Shown piece after piece: positions 11,461-24,490 of a DNA stretch of 64,000 nt (position 1 is its first letter; each line of letters begins with the position of its first letter). Both the position numbers and the translations under genes were made by a program. Under the pieces are notes generated by a model. The model saw nothing but the letters and a program-made list of their open reading frames with translations, did no database searches and was not told the origin of the DNA. Source of the DNA: Antechinus flavipes (Eukaryota); assembly GCF_016432865.1 (NCBI RefSeq), contig NC_067400.1:295864001-295928000 (forward strand), read 5' to 3'.

Positions 11461-13644
11461 ATGTAGAAGCACAATTACATTCTCATAAAGACTTTGTTAA
11501 ACATGAACTATCTGGTGTAAACATTGTATATTTGTATGTCTAAATAACTTGTAATAATGGTATTTTGCTGGCAATAGATATATTCTTTATTCGCACTTTA
11601 GTCATCCAATCTATAATTGTGTTATTTTTCTCTTCAATAAAACAATTTAATAGGGAAAAAAGAAATTTTAATTTCCTTTTAATATGGATACTATGAAATT
11701 ATCGTTATTATAAGTTCTTGTCATAATATTAAAATATATTGAGTCTTTAGTGGGACATATTTGGAATGGAAAAAATAACAATTGATAACTCCAAGAGGAA
11801 TATATTTTTAAAATGAAGAAAGAAACCTTGTAAAACCTCCATACCTTTAAATTTGCCAGGTTCATTGGGCCTTTCTACTTGGGCAAGGTCACAAAATCCT
11901 ATTAGCCCTATGATATGAATATTATCAAACTGTAAAATAATGAGTTAGTTTATTGAGAAATTGGGATCCTCCCTTCCATCATCACACCCATTGACAAGTT
12001 AGGGGAAAGACTTAGAAGTTTGCTTATAGTATAAAAATGATTTTATAATAGTAAAGAAAATTGGGAAATTATGCTTGCCATAGTATATTGAAATTATATT
12101 TTTAGTCAACTTAATTTTAACAGTCTCCAATCTTAAAGATTTATTTTTGCCTTAGAATGTTAACATGCAATACTGTAAGATATGGATAACTGTTATTCTG
12201 GATACTTACAGTAGGTAGCCACTGTTTTTCTAGGTTTTGAGTGAACATATATTCACTATCTATGTGAAATTCCAGAATATAATTATTATCTTAATGTCTA
12301 ATTGCTGATTTTTACACCAAGATGAGTTTAAATTGAAGAAAAATAATGGAGACAGCAGGAGGAAGAAAAGAGTATTGAGTGATTTTTTTAAAAAGCCTAA
12401 TAGATTTTTTTTATTGTTAATTTTTGAATTAACACGAGAGAGATAATAACTATATATATATCCCTAAAATAGTGAACTCACTCAGGTAAAAATATTTTGA
12501 AAATGTAATTTGATATAGTTCTGAATTGGGGATTCAGTTATAATTGTTTGAATAATCATTGTTAGTAATCTAACATCCAAGGGAAATACCATGAACTCCT
12601 TAGAAGAAATATGATCTAATTATATATGTTTTTGTCTTAGAAAGTTGAGAGACTGACCTTCCATAAGTGAAGGTAGGATCATTTTAACTCAGTTTCCCCA
12701 CTATGTTATTTCATTTTTGAACGAGAATATTTCTCACTTGGTTGAGTCTAGGCATGATATCCTGTAAATAATGTGGAACTTTTTTAATGATTGGCTGTTC
12801 CAAAAATTTAACTATGATTGTGACCTGAAGTCAAACAGAACTAGGGCTATTCTTACCTGTCATACCTATGTTAAGTTACTCTGTCCTGTTGATTTAGGCC
12901 TAGAACAGTTTTATTGTTGTTAGCCATTTCTCTCCTTCCTTTCATAGCAAACTATCTAACCATGGAAAGTAAAAATTGTAGTGTTTTAAAATAAATCTTA
13001 TTACAATGTTCCAGCACCTCTGAATTTCTATAACAGAATGCAAGTATATCTTATATATGCGAGACATCTTATTGGATGGTCTATTTTTATGTGCTTTCTC
13101 TGGTTCTGTTGTTTTTCAGGTTAGTTCCATTAAATCTAAGTGATTTTTCACTACATAAACTAATTATTGAAAGGCCAATTTGATTAGATTTTGTTGGGTT
13201 TTACTGAATTATACTATTATCACTAGTAATCATTACCTAGTGACTTCCTCCACAAGTGACCTGACACCTAGAGATGTCAAAAAATATTTCCTCAAACTCA
13301 CCCTGAGCCATCCATAGATACTTAAAAAATATACAAGATGATTGCCAGACATCTGAAAATGATGGACAATGCCAGCAGAATTGACAATCCTAACATTAGA
13401 ATTATATCAGATTCCATTATTTTTCCTGTTGTTATTATACTTTTTTCATTAGTTCTGTATGTTCTGACCTTTTACTTATTCCATAAAGTATATAACATTT
13501 GTGCTTGAATTGATGTTAATTTGGGAATTACTTAAAAATTTTTTTGAGATTATTATTTGTTTCAAAGGAGAGATTTGTAGGTATCAAAATAACCAAAATT
13601 ACTCCATTTTATAAATACTTCCATCTTTTCCCTGGTTCTTATCT

Positions 13645-13975
13645 ATGTAATGGTCCTGGCCCTCTTATGGGCCTATGAGTGTTGGAACAGCAAAAAGCTC
13701 TTTTTAACAGATGTTATAACTTCTCTCCCAAGCTATGCAATGTTTTAATTATATGACTTCTGATAATCATGAAACAGCCTAGAGAACCTAAAAAGTCCCT
13801 CTCTTCTTTATCTATCTATCTATATATCTATATCAATATATAGATATATAGATATAGATATAAACCCAACTCTTTGGCTGTAATTGTTGTTCTATGTAGT
13901 CTGCCTATGCTCACACATATTCTAGGTGATTGCTTTTTGTTGCACTTCATAATAAAGTTGTTCTACAACTGTGGT
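13645..13975 (+). mobile_element. LTR of the same family as the 7995 LTR, with an internal (TCTA)n/(TA)n microsatellite
   Basis: Shared motifs aacagatgt.acaa.ttctctcc, at.catga.acagcct.gag, gcctatgc.cacacata; AATAAA at ~13951. Confidence 0.65.
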
Positions 13976-14231
13976 GTTTAGATTTGACACTATAGTACCT
14001 TTTTAGGGTTTTTCACTCATCTTCCTGGAATTAAATGAAGAAGGTCATCAGAGCATCTGTTGTCCCTCTAGCAACAGAGATTCCAGGAGCTGCAAAAAGA
14101 GAAGGAGGACTTATAATACTTTATCTTTTATCATTACTTTATTACTTTTTTATCTGGAGCCACAAAATTAAGAATGCCCTATTTTGTGGCATAGTTCCTA
14201 TTATTTAAAGAGATGTGATTATTTTACCCAA

Positions 14232-14404
14232 NNNNNNNNNNNNNNNNNNNNNNNNNNNNNNNNNNNNNNNNNNNNNNNNNNNNNNNNNNNNNNNNNNNNN
14301 NNNNNNNNNNNNNNNNNNNNNNNNNNNNNNNNNNNNNNNNNNNNNNNNNNNNNNNNNNNNNNNNNNNNNNNNNNNNNNNNNNNNNNNNNNNNNNNNNNNN
14401 NNNN
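14232..14404. other. Assembly gap (N-run)
   Basis: 173 consecutive N. Confidence 0.99.
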
Positions 14405-14409
14405 GGAAT

Positions 14410-14720
14410 TTTTCCTGAATAGTTATCTAGTTTCTTGAATAGAAGTGTGACATGGTAATAACTGCGCTTTAGAAATATCAATTTAGCAGCTGAGGAATAT
14501 AGATTAGAGTTGAAAGACGCTGAAAGCAAAGAATACAATTAGGAGGTGATTATAATAGTCTAGGTAAGTAATGAGGATGGGTCTGAATCAGAATAATAGT
14601 CATATAAATGTTCAGAAGAAAACAGATGCAACATATGTTGTGATGAGTCAACAAGATTTTTCTCATTGGCTAAGTGGATATATGAGAAAGGGAAGAATTG
14701 AGAATATCTTATGTAAGAAA
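14410..14720 (-). mobile_element. L2 LINE fragment
   Basis: Purine-rich antisense L2-like sequence (aggaggtgattataatagtctaggtaagtaatgaggatgggtctgaatcag). Confidence 0.55.
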
Positions 14721-14879
14721 AATAGTCACCTAAATGATTTATCTGGAAGACCTCCTGGCTCTCCCAGACTTCATCATTAACCCATTACATTGCCTGGAAA
14801 TCTACCATTAGATATATATTCTTTTGAAAATATACATCATTTGTTGAAGAAGCATATCTTAATGCATAAACACCTGAAA

Positions 14880-15110
14880 GGGAAGATATTCTGGATAACT
14901 CACTTTAGAGTAGACATCAACAAAGTAAAATATGTCAGAAAAGGCCAACCAGAATAATTATGGGACTCAAAATTATGTCAAAACAGGATCAATTGTTAGA
15001 ATCAGGAATGTTCAACATGAGAAAGAGTAATGAAAAGAACTGAAAATTGTCATATATTTGAAGGACTGACAAGTGGAGGAGAATTCAGATCTGTTCTACT
15101 TATGTCTAGC
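14880..15110 (+). mobile_element. CR1/L3 LINE ORF2 3' fragment
   Basis: cactttagagtagacatcaacaaagtaaaatatgtcaga...ggaatgttcaacatgagaaagag corresponds to degenerate HFKKDIDKLE.VQ...GMFSLEK. Confidence 0.6.
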
Positions 15111-16446
15111 TTTGATTCAGAAAAAGGAGGATAGATTTGAATCATTGGATACTGGCCTAAGATAATAGATACAAAAATAAGATTTCTGGATGAAAATTGG
15201 GCTGACGATCTGGAAGAAAAGATGAATGAGGAAATAGAGAAGAGATAAAGGCAAACTTTATTCACTTCATCAATTTTTCCTGGAGTCATTCTCAAAAGGT
15301 CATGGCTTTTGACAAACAGAAATGAAATTTAGAAATATACTTTCAGCTGAAAAGTAGTACATGGAAATATGATCATATTTGGCTTTTATTTTATTCTCTA
15401 CCATTTCACTCAAATTCCTATATTACATTTCAAATTAAAAATTGAGAATTTCTAAATTATTATTTCTTTAGTAATGTGCCCACGCTTTTTGCAATAGTCA
15501 CAGCCAGACCATGCTGATTAAAACATCTCTCTTTCTATGATCAGAGTCAAAGGCAAATGCTCACTATATTTCACTGTGAATTTGTGCTTCCCTATTGTTG
15601 CCTTTCAAAGTTATATGTAGTGAACAAAATAGCTAATTGGGGGGAAATGTGATTCTTAGGGTAAAAATGCCCCTAGAATTAAAGAAATAAGGAAATGTAT
15701 TTTTCCCATTAAAATGTCAAAATCTTTCACACTAAATTGTGATAGTGAGTAGGATGAAGCACCAGTAAAAGCCATTACCCAACAAAATAAAGTTTTTATT
15801 CATTAATATTTAACAATTGTGCCTCAATCCTTGTGCCTCAAAGGATGAACTGAAAAGTACCCTCCCAAAAGAATAATATTTTACTTTTCTTATGTATTTT
15901 TTTCATAATTGTCCCAAATCCTTCCTCCTCCTTACCACTCCACTACCCGCCACATAAAATACCACATCATTCACTTTTCATATCAGTATTATAATACTAA
16001 GAGGTATAAGAGAAGATTCTTAGATATAGGGAACTGAATACAGAGCAGGTGTTGGGAAATCGCTGTGATCTAAGTTTTTTGCTTTCTATTACAGAGACCC
16101 ACATCAGGAACCCCTGTTGCTGCTATATTCTCTAAACAGAAGTTTCATTTGATTTTTTTTCCAGTAATGAAACCCAAGTCAGGAAGTTTTCAAGCTGCTG
16201 AGGATGCTACAAAGAATATGGGTCCCTATTAGGCAAGTGTGATTTTGGAGATACCTGCCCCATTCAAAATGTTGCTTCAGGGCACCAAAGTAATCAAAAT
16301 TTCAAGCCCTGCTGCCCCAGTGATACCCCTTCTGGCTGCCCAGCACGATACTTTATAAGCAAAAACATGAACCACTTGCTAAAGAAGTACTTTTTTATTT
16401 ATTATTCACTAAGCCCCAGGGTTTCAGAGGCTCTGATAATACTTAC

Positions 16447-16558
16447 CATGGAAACTGTTCAAAGCTTTATTTTGCTGAAGCACAGCTGATAGAGGGCAAC
16501 CCAGAGAGAGTATCAGAAAGGAGATTCTTTTCCAAGTCCATGTTGTATTCAGCCACAT
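16447..16558 (-). CDS. Candidate first coding exon of an unidentified secreted or membrane protein (signal-peptide-like)
   Basis: ATG with A at -3 and an upstream in-frame stop; MWLNTTWTWKRISFLILSLGCPLSAVLQQNKALNSFH then phase-1 donor CATG|GTAAGT; not in a recognisable repeat; no homologue recognised. Confidence 0.35.
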
Positions 16559-17290
16559 TCTGAATCTAAGCAACTCTAAAGTCAAGGCCCTGCAATAGGT
16601 CAATTTTCTGCATTACATGCCTAGCAGACTGGAGGACCTTATTTTATCATATTTCCCATTTAATCCTTAAATAAATGGGTGACCTGTATCATAGGATGAT
16701 ATAACCAGTCAGCAGATGCTTCTATCATACCAAATAAAGGTAATAAAAGGAAAGATGTCTATGTGAGATTTATTCTTCTCCCTTTTAGAGAGTTATTGAG
16801 TTGGCCAGTGTTTTGAAGATGAGTTAAATTCATGCACCAAATATAATCTATTAACAAGTCTCTCCCACAACTCATTTTTACTGATTCTCTTAACCTCTTT
16901 TTTCCCCTTCCCCATCTCCTTTTTTTCTTTCTCCTTTCATTTTTTATGACTTGTCTTTTTCCATTAGAAATGAAACTCCCTAAAGACAGAATTGTTTTGT
17001 TTTGCATACCAGTGATTAGCACAATGCCTCTTGTATATAGTAACTACTTCATGTTCTAATCTATTTATCTCTCTATCTGTCTGCCTATCTATCTATCTAT
17101 CTAAATATTTTTCTCTATGAGTTGTTTAGGGAGAGGGACACCAATTTTTTTTAGATCAGCAAAGTTACTCTATATCCTGATCCTTTGACTGTGATAACAG
17201 AAAGCCTCTAACAGAAGTACACCCAAAATAAGGGGGAAAGATTCTGAAGGTCATCAAATTACAGCATTAATGTTGTCAAGAATGAACTTG

Positions 17291-17504
17291 TATCTAGGAT
17301 ATACTGCAGTATCTAAGATATATTGCAACATATCTAACATATATAGGACTGCTTGCCATCTAGGGGAGGGGGTGGAGGGAGGGAGGGGAAAAATCGGAAC
17401 AGAAGCGAGTGCAAGGGATAATGTTGTAAAAAAATTACCCTGGCATGGATTCTGTCAATATAAAGTTATTATTAAATAAAATAAAATAAAATATTAAAAA
17501 AAAA
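17291..17504 (+). mobile_element. Young, heavily 5'-truncated LINE-1 3' UTR
   Basis: Same 3' UTR as 3914-4384; TSD AATGAACTTG at 17281-17290 and 17505-17514. Confidence 0.95.
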
Positions 17505-18859
17505 AATGAACTTGAAGTTGTGACAGAAATTTATCATCATCCAGGACTTTGATATAATCTATGAAGAAGGGACATGCACATTATATGAAGGACACAAATA
17601 TTGAGAAAGCCACCCAGGTAAGCAGATTCCCTAAAGCTATCTTATTTTGGCATAATGAAGGTTCACATGTCTCTCCTGCCCTTCTTAATACAATCAGTTC
17701 CATAGATGTAGCACATTTAGGAACATCAACTTCAAAATACTATTCTCCTACTTTTATATGCTTCTTATAAACAGATTAGGATTATAGTTGATATTCTCAT
17801 TAGAATTCCTAAAAGGAATAGTTGACTTCCTTTCCTAATAGTTTTATTCCCATTTCCCTAACTAAAGTAAAATCCTTTAATTTCCTGTGGTTTTGCCCAT
17901 GGTTTTAATCCCCTATGCATCTGGGGATATCTATCTATCTATCTGATGGGAGTAATCTATGGGTCCAGGGATTTAACACCTATGTTTAACTATAGTTGTT
18001 TTTTTTTTTTTTTTCTAATATAAGCATTTATTTTTAGTTTGATGCCAGAATTTTTAGACACTATCAGACATTACATACGAATGCTGATTAATTCTCTGAT
18101 CTAGATTTTTTCTAAGAGTATATCATTTGTGCAGTGGCACAACACAATACAAATAATTACTGTAATGACTATTAAAATGATTACAGTTGATGAAGGAATA
18201 TAATTTTCTTTTCTTTAATCTAATAATAAATTGTAACATGCTTCTTTAAAACCCAAAAGCAATCTCTAACAACCAGAGCAAACCGTCTTAATGTTGGTTG
18301 AGAAGCACTGATTCAGGCCATGACTTATACTGGCTGAGAAAATGCTGACTTGGGCCATATTTATAATATCATATAATATTTCATCTCTTCTATCATAAGA
18401 AGTTAGTTAAAGATCCTGTCCTTAAAAATGCCCTAGGAAAGAAGATTTATACTTTTGATCATTAGCTTGTATTGGTCTAAGGAAATCTTCGTTACAATTA
18501 TTTTCCATATTAATTTGATTTTTTTTTATTCTCAATAGATATGTAAGACTGGTCATCAGCCATTATGAAATAATATTTTGTAGTCTTTGAAAAAGGAATC
18601 ATGTAAATAAAGAAACGTGGCAGCAACAAAAAAATAACAATTGTTGGAGAGTTTGGGAGAATATAGGCATACTAATATTCTGTCAGTGAGGCTATGTATT
18701 GGTAGAAATATTTTAGATAAAATGGAGATTCATGGATCCACACTCAACTTTCCTTTTCTAATCATCTTTGCATGGGAAAACATTCTTGTATGCTGATATT
18801 CAACAAGTTTGTAAAAAAAAAAAAAAAATAAGGCATCAAAGAGGAGTGGGGAAAAAACA

Positions 18860-19085
18860 TTGATTTTAAAATAAGAATATTTAATTCAAACCTTGATTCT
18901 ATCTTTCAAGCTGTGAAACTTTGGACAGATCATTTAATCTCTCTTTATCTCAGTTTTTTCTCTTTAAAATGGGGATAATCATATTTATACTACAAACACA
19001 CCTTTTATAGATTTGTTGTGAGATCTAATGTGTTGTATTATATAGAAGTGCCACATAAATTGCATAAAGCATTATATAAATGAAA
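18860..19085 (+). mobile_element. MIR SINE
   Basis: gctgtgaaactttggacagatcatttaatctctc...cagttttttctctttaaaatggggataatcat...gttgtgagatctaatg. Confidence 0.75.
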
Positions 19086-19299
19086 GGTTTGTTCCTAGAA
19101 TCTTCTTTCGACCCACTCATTTTTTTAAAAAATTAATCTCATAGACCTCAAATCAGAAATTTTTTGCATGATTCTGAAAGAACCAAAAATTTACAGCATA
19201 CTAAGACTGAAAATAACCATGAGAAGTGATTTGTTCTACCTAATTTCCCTCAGTTTTATATAAAACCAGATTCCAAGTAAAGGGGAGGGACAATCTATT

Positions 19300-20237
19300 A
19301 TATTATAAAAATAAATTTATTGATTTGTCATTTCTTACAGCAACATACAATTCCGTTTGCCCTTCTTCTTCCCTTCCCAAAAACAATTCTATATGACAAA
19401 TAATATTGTTTTTAGGAAGGGAAAATAATCCTTCCCTAATTGGCTGATGCATTGAACAATTCCAAAACTGATTACAATATGTAATATCTGTGGACTTCCC
19501 CTCTCCACTCAGGGGTAATTTAGGCTATCTTCTCATAATTCTTCATGCAAGTCTTGCCCAGTTTTTACAATTATACTACATTAACTTTTGCTCTTTAGAT
19601 GTGTCATTTTTCTTTCTACCTTCATTGTTGAGGTTACTACATATAATTTTAATACAATTGCTTTTGGTTTTGTGTATGTGTGTTGAAGGGCTGTATAAAT
19701 TATTTTCTTGACTCTGCTTACATCACTCTGCATCAATTTACAGAGATTCTTCTATGCTTCTCTATATACATCATACATATTTTTCTCCCAGTAGGATTCC
19801 ATTTAATTCATGTATGACAATTGTTTAAACATTCCCCATTCAATAGGCATTATACTTTATTTTTAATTCTTAGCTATCACAAAATTGTTACTGTAAATAT
19901 TTTTTGAGAATATGGGGATTTTTTAAAAATCTATGTCATTCTTAAGAAATAAACCCAGTAATAAAATCTCTGGTTCAAAGACTATGGATAATTTAGTTGA
20001 ATCAATTGCTTACCATAATGATGATGGCATTCCACAATTCCATTAACAATGTATTAATAAATTTATCCTTTCACAACACCTCTTACTAAGTGAAACTTCA
20101 GGATTGTTTTGATTGGCATTTCTGTTATTAGTAATTTAGTACATTTTTTAATTTGGTTATGAATGCAATTCCTTTTTTTTTTTAGAAATGTTTGTTCATA
20201 TTTTTGACCATTTATCTATTGAGTAATGGATATTAAT

Positions 20238-20292
<55 letters not shown>

Positions 20293-20480
20293 ACAAACAC
20301 CTTGGATTCCAAACCCTTTTCAGAAAAAATTGACAAAAAGATTTTTTTTCCCACTCAATCACTTCCCTTCATACTCTCCCTTACTTATCTTGTATTTGTT
20401 CTGTGTAGAAGCTTTTTACTATAAAGTAATAAAAATTATGTACTTTATTTTTGCTAATTTCTTCAGTATGTTGTTTAATT
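19300..20480 (-). mobile_element. Old LINE-1 (ORF2 C-terminus + 3' UTR), antisense
   Basis: ataaacccagta...tctggttcaaag, gttttgattggcatttct, tgtttgttcatatttttgaccatttatctattg are antisense L1 ORF2 C-terminal motifs. Confidence 0.7.
20240..20300. repeat. (CA)n microsatellite
   Basis: Directly visible. Confidence 0.97.
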
Positions 20481-20507
20481 AAAATATATATCTTTTAAAA
20501 AGAACAT

Positions 20508-20647
20508 TTTTTTTTAATTTGCAAGGCAATTAGGGTTGAGTGACTTGTTCAAGATCACATAGCTAATAAGTCTGAGACCAGATTTGAATTCAGGTCCTCA
20601 TGACTCCATGACCAGTGTTCTTATCCACTATCCTATCTAGCTGCCCC
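20508..20647 (-). mobile_element. WSINE1-type tRNA-derived SINE
   Basis: Reverse complement begins ggggcagctagataggatagtggataag; B-box-like gaattcaaatc; T tail; flanks aaaagaacatttt / aaaagaatgcatttt are TSD-like. Confidence 0.85.
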
Positions 20648-21329
20648 AAAAGAATGCATTTTAAAAAAAATAAAATCTGAAACATGGAAGAGAGTAAGAC
20701 ATGATATAGTTTTCTTTACTTTAAAATAAAATCTTAAAAGAATGAGTTAATGGACAATCATAAAAATAATAAATATGTAAAGGATGAAATATATACAAAC
20801 ATTTCTGGGAAACTTTCGTTTTAAATTCATTAGATGCATAATAATTTTTTTCATCCCCTCAGTTTTATTTTATGCATGATTTTGTTTGTTAAATATATAT
20901 TTTTAAAAGCATCCCATTGTAGGGATTTGTTTTCATATATAATTTGTTACTCTTTCATTTTAGTATATTGTTTAATTCATATTTAAAGTTATGAAATTTA
21001 GGTTTATCTTTTTCTCCATCTCTAAAATTGTTTCTCCCTCCCAAGTATAGTTTCTCCCTCCCTGTGCTATAAACACAGTATCACATTCCATCAATTATTT
21101 TATTTTAATCTTTTTTTTTTTAAGATAGTCATATTTCTACTGGCTCTTTCTCCTTTATTAGCATCTCCTCTTTTCATTTTCTAAAAATTTCATTTTTGTG
21201 CCCTTTTTATAAAAGGATTTTTTCACTTTCTTCATTATACAGTTTCTCTTTCTGTTTATACTAGAATTTAAGTCCCTGATTCATGGCTCCATTAGCATTT
21301 GATCTCTCTCTTTACTCTTTTTGCTCCAA

Positions 21330-22305
21330 AAAGTTTTTTGCAGCAAAGTTTTCAAAGTATCAATGTCAGGCTCTGCCCTCTAGGCTTTTTCTACAACTGC
21401 CTTGCAAGATGTGCCTCTCTTGCATCCTGCTTTTCTGTTGTACTTCTCTCTCAGAGCAATGACCTTTATTGCATGTATCAGAAAGGATAGTGTTCCTGTG
21501 TAAGGCAGCTCCCCTCTCCCACTCATATGCACTCTCTCTTGTTCAACTTTTTCCCCCTACATATACCTGGAAATCTCCTCCCTGTATCCATGTTCTCTTA
21601 CTGCTGTGGGTGCCATTTGTCCCCAAGATTTCCAACTTCTCTCCCTCCGGGGACAAGTAGACTTTTCAAGCAGCAAAACCCCTAAGCTTCATACAACATA
21701 AAATCTTCATCTCCCATAAATCTTAGGAGCATTTTTAAGTTTCTGTTTTTTTGTTTTGTGAACCAGAACCAGCATTTCAGAGCCTGCTTTCCAAAAAACA
21801 GTTTAGAATTTTGCAGCATATTTCTTTCTGAATTACATTAGCCATAAGTCTTTTTACTCCTAAGGGGCTGTAGCCAATCTGGCTAATTAGAAGCCCTGGC
21901 TATTAAGAAATTTCCATAGCTTGCTGTTGGGGTCTTTATCACATTGGAAAGTGGAAAGAAGGGAGGAACAGGACATAGTGGTAACAGGAGGAAGAGGATG
22001 TAAACTTATGTCAAGTTTTTGGATTTGCTAATGTGGCCTCACTGACAGTGTGGGAAATATATGGGGGGCACCTTAGTGACTTTTAGTTCCTGTGTTTGGG
22101 GTTTGTCTCATCTTTTTAGGGGTGGGAGGAATTCTTCCTGATCATAGATCATAGAAACAGCTGAAGTTGCTTTATCTTTGATACATTTCCATTTTGGAAA
22201 GTTTTGGGTAGTTATGGTGATCAGAAAAAAATGTCTAATCTGCTATCTTGTTGCTTAAATGTCCCAGAATCTATATTTTAAAGGAAATTATAGGGGAGGG
22301 TTACA
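21330..22305 (-). mobile_element. Degraded LTR-like sequence (probably two pieces, ~21330-21700 and 21869-22305)
   Basis: gacctttattg and gtctttatca (poly-A signals on minus strand); TG...CA termini for the second piece; no TSD. Confidence 0.4.
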
Positions 22306-24209
22306 CAAACTCCTTTGTTAACTTGCAGTTAAACTCCTTCCTCAAGCTTCTGTTCTGTAGAATAAATCATTCTAATTTCTTTCACATTTTCTCGAAGCTC
22401 TGATTCTGTTTGTTACTACAGATCATCAATAATTAATATAATTATCCTGCCAACACAAGCCCACTTATTAACTTCTTGGCCCCTCAGATCTTGCCTGCCT
22501 TCTCAAATTTAATCCGTCTTCCATTTAATTTTTGTGTCCTCAATGTGTTCTTATTGAATATTATCCAGCTGAGTTCATTTCTCAACCCTAACTGTCAAAG
22601 TAGCTTTTAAATTTTGATGTCCATATTCTAAAGCAATTCGGAATTTCCCCTATTCCATTATCCAGCCACCGGAGAAAATGTTAAATATTAGGTCCAGGTA
22701 CAGTACTGGATTCTCAGTATCATCTCCAATTAAATATACTTGCTCTTACATTCTGAGTTCAAACCTTTGAGAAATCTTCTCATTTTTCTAAAAACTATGT
22801 TCTCCAGGTCATGGTTTTCTCTATTGACTGATGAGTACATCAAAAAAGAAATAAATCAAAAAAAGTTGATTTTTATAGTCAAAATAGATAAAGAATAATT
22901 GAAAAGTATAATCAGGTCAAACACTGTCAGAGAATGAGTTTAAATAAAAATTACTTGCTCTTTAAGAAACTTTGAGTTACTCATTTATCTGGGAAATTAT
23001 CATGGTATAACAAAAGTAGAACTGGTCTTAGAATAACAGGCCATTCAAAAACTTTTCACTGTTGTATTCTTGGGTAAGTCATTTGTAGGCCTCAATTTTT
23101 CCCTGTGAAGTGAGAAGGTTGAACTAATTGATTATAAAAGTGACTTAAAACTCTTCTAGAGGAATTTTTTTTTTAATTTTACCTTCTGTTTTTTGTTTTT
23201 TTTCCAGAGCATAAAATTTATGTGAAACAACTGCTAATTCTCTGGTTAATGTTTTTTCCCCCATTTCTTTGGGCATTAGTTTGCTCTTTTCTAAACTTTA
23301 GACACTTCATCTGACATATAGGTTTTCACAAAATTTGTTCCAAAGACTCTAGATTGACTCTGGGTATTTATTTCAGCATTTTGAGATACAAGATATTAGA
23401 GTCTATAGATTATTTATTGACTCTCTATAAGTCATCCACTGTCTCCCTCAACCATTATTTTTCTTTACCTTCTGAGCCCAACCTAAGTTTCTTCATCTCA
23501 AAGTTAAATATTAAACCTGATGTGGTTCTTTTGGGGGGAACCATGTCAATGTAAAGAGTAGAAAGATTGACTTGTAGTCCCTTTAGATGATACTGCCATT
23601 AATCTTTTATTTCAAATGTCAACATATCCCTAACTGGATATCAATTTGCATCCTGCAGGTGTTGGTTTTTTAAGGAATTGCTAATAAATTTAATCTGAAA
23701 GACATTTAAACATAATATGAATTTCAAGTCAATGGAGCTCTACAAAAGTGAATTTTTCTCTGTCATATAAACCTCAGACTGTCAGTGAAACACACAAAAT
23801 GGAGATTCTACCAGTCACTCACAGTCTCTTTGCTGCTACAGGACACAACATGAAAATGCAGACCTTTTAACCAAAGGTTACAATATGCAGATTTCCTGCC
23901 TGGTCAGGATCATTTGGTCCAGTGCAAAATGGTTACGTTCGTGTAAATATGTATTGTTGGAGCTTCTGTGTCCTTTAAAATGCTTATGAACATTTTCTGA
24001 GAAAGTAAATATGACATGTTTTTGTCACTCACTGATCCATGATTTTCTCTTTAAAAATTGAACTAATTTTTATTTAAAGACTATATTTTCATCCATCTCT
24101 ATGGGAAGGTTATACACTTAAAAACATCAATCTATGACAAAATTTTTAATCCCTGACTGGATATATTTTTCTGTCTAAAACATATAGAATTTTCCCATTT
24201 TCATATCTG

Positions 24210-24268
24210 TCAATGAGCATTTATTAAGCATCTACTCAAGATGCTTAATAATATATATATATACATAC

Positions 24269-24340
<72 letters not shown>

Positions 24341-24490
24341 CATTGTGTTAAGCACAGGGGAATCCAAAAAGGGACAAAATAATATATCTCTGATCTCAAG
24401 AAGGTCAGAGTCTAATAGAAGAGACAAAACATAAGCATCCTTTATGTGAATAAGACATATACAAAATAAATTGGAGATAATCAATAAAAG
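24210..24490 (-). mobile_element. L2 3'-end fragment interrupted by (TA)n/(GA)n microsatellite (24250-24340)
   Basis: caatgagcatttattaagcatctact ... cattgtgttaagcacaggg ... tgatctcaagaag...agtctaatagaagagaca. Confidence 0.7.

Noticed and set aside
12641-12672. Plus-strand AG...GTAGGA exon-like segment
   Set aside because: Stop codons in all three phases
21455-21499. Plus-strand 45-nt exon-like segment with long pyrimidine tract
   Set aside because: Lies in antisense LTR-like sequence; the pyrimidine tract is explained by the repeat
24245-24484. ORF with (SL)n repeat (also 2852-3073)
   Set aside because: Translation of (GA)n/(CT)n microsatellites
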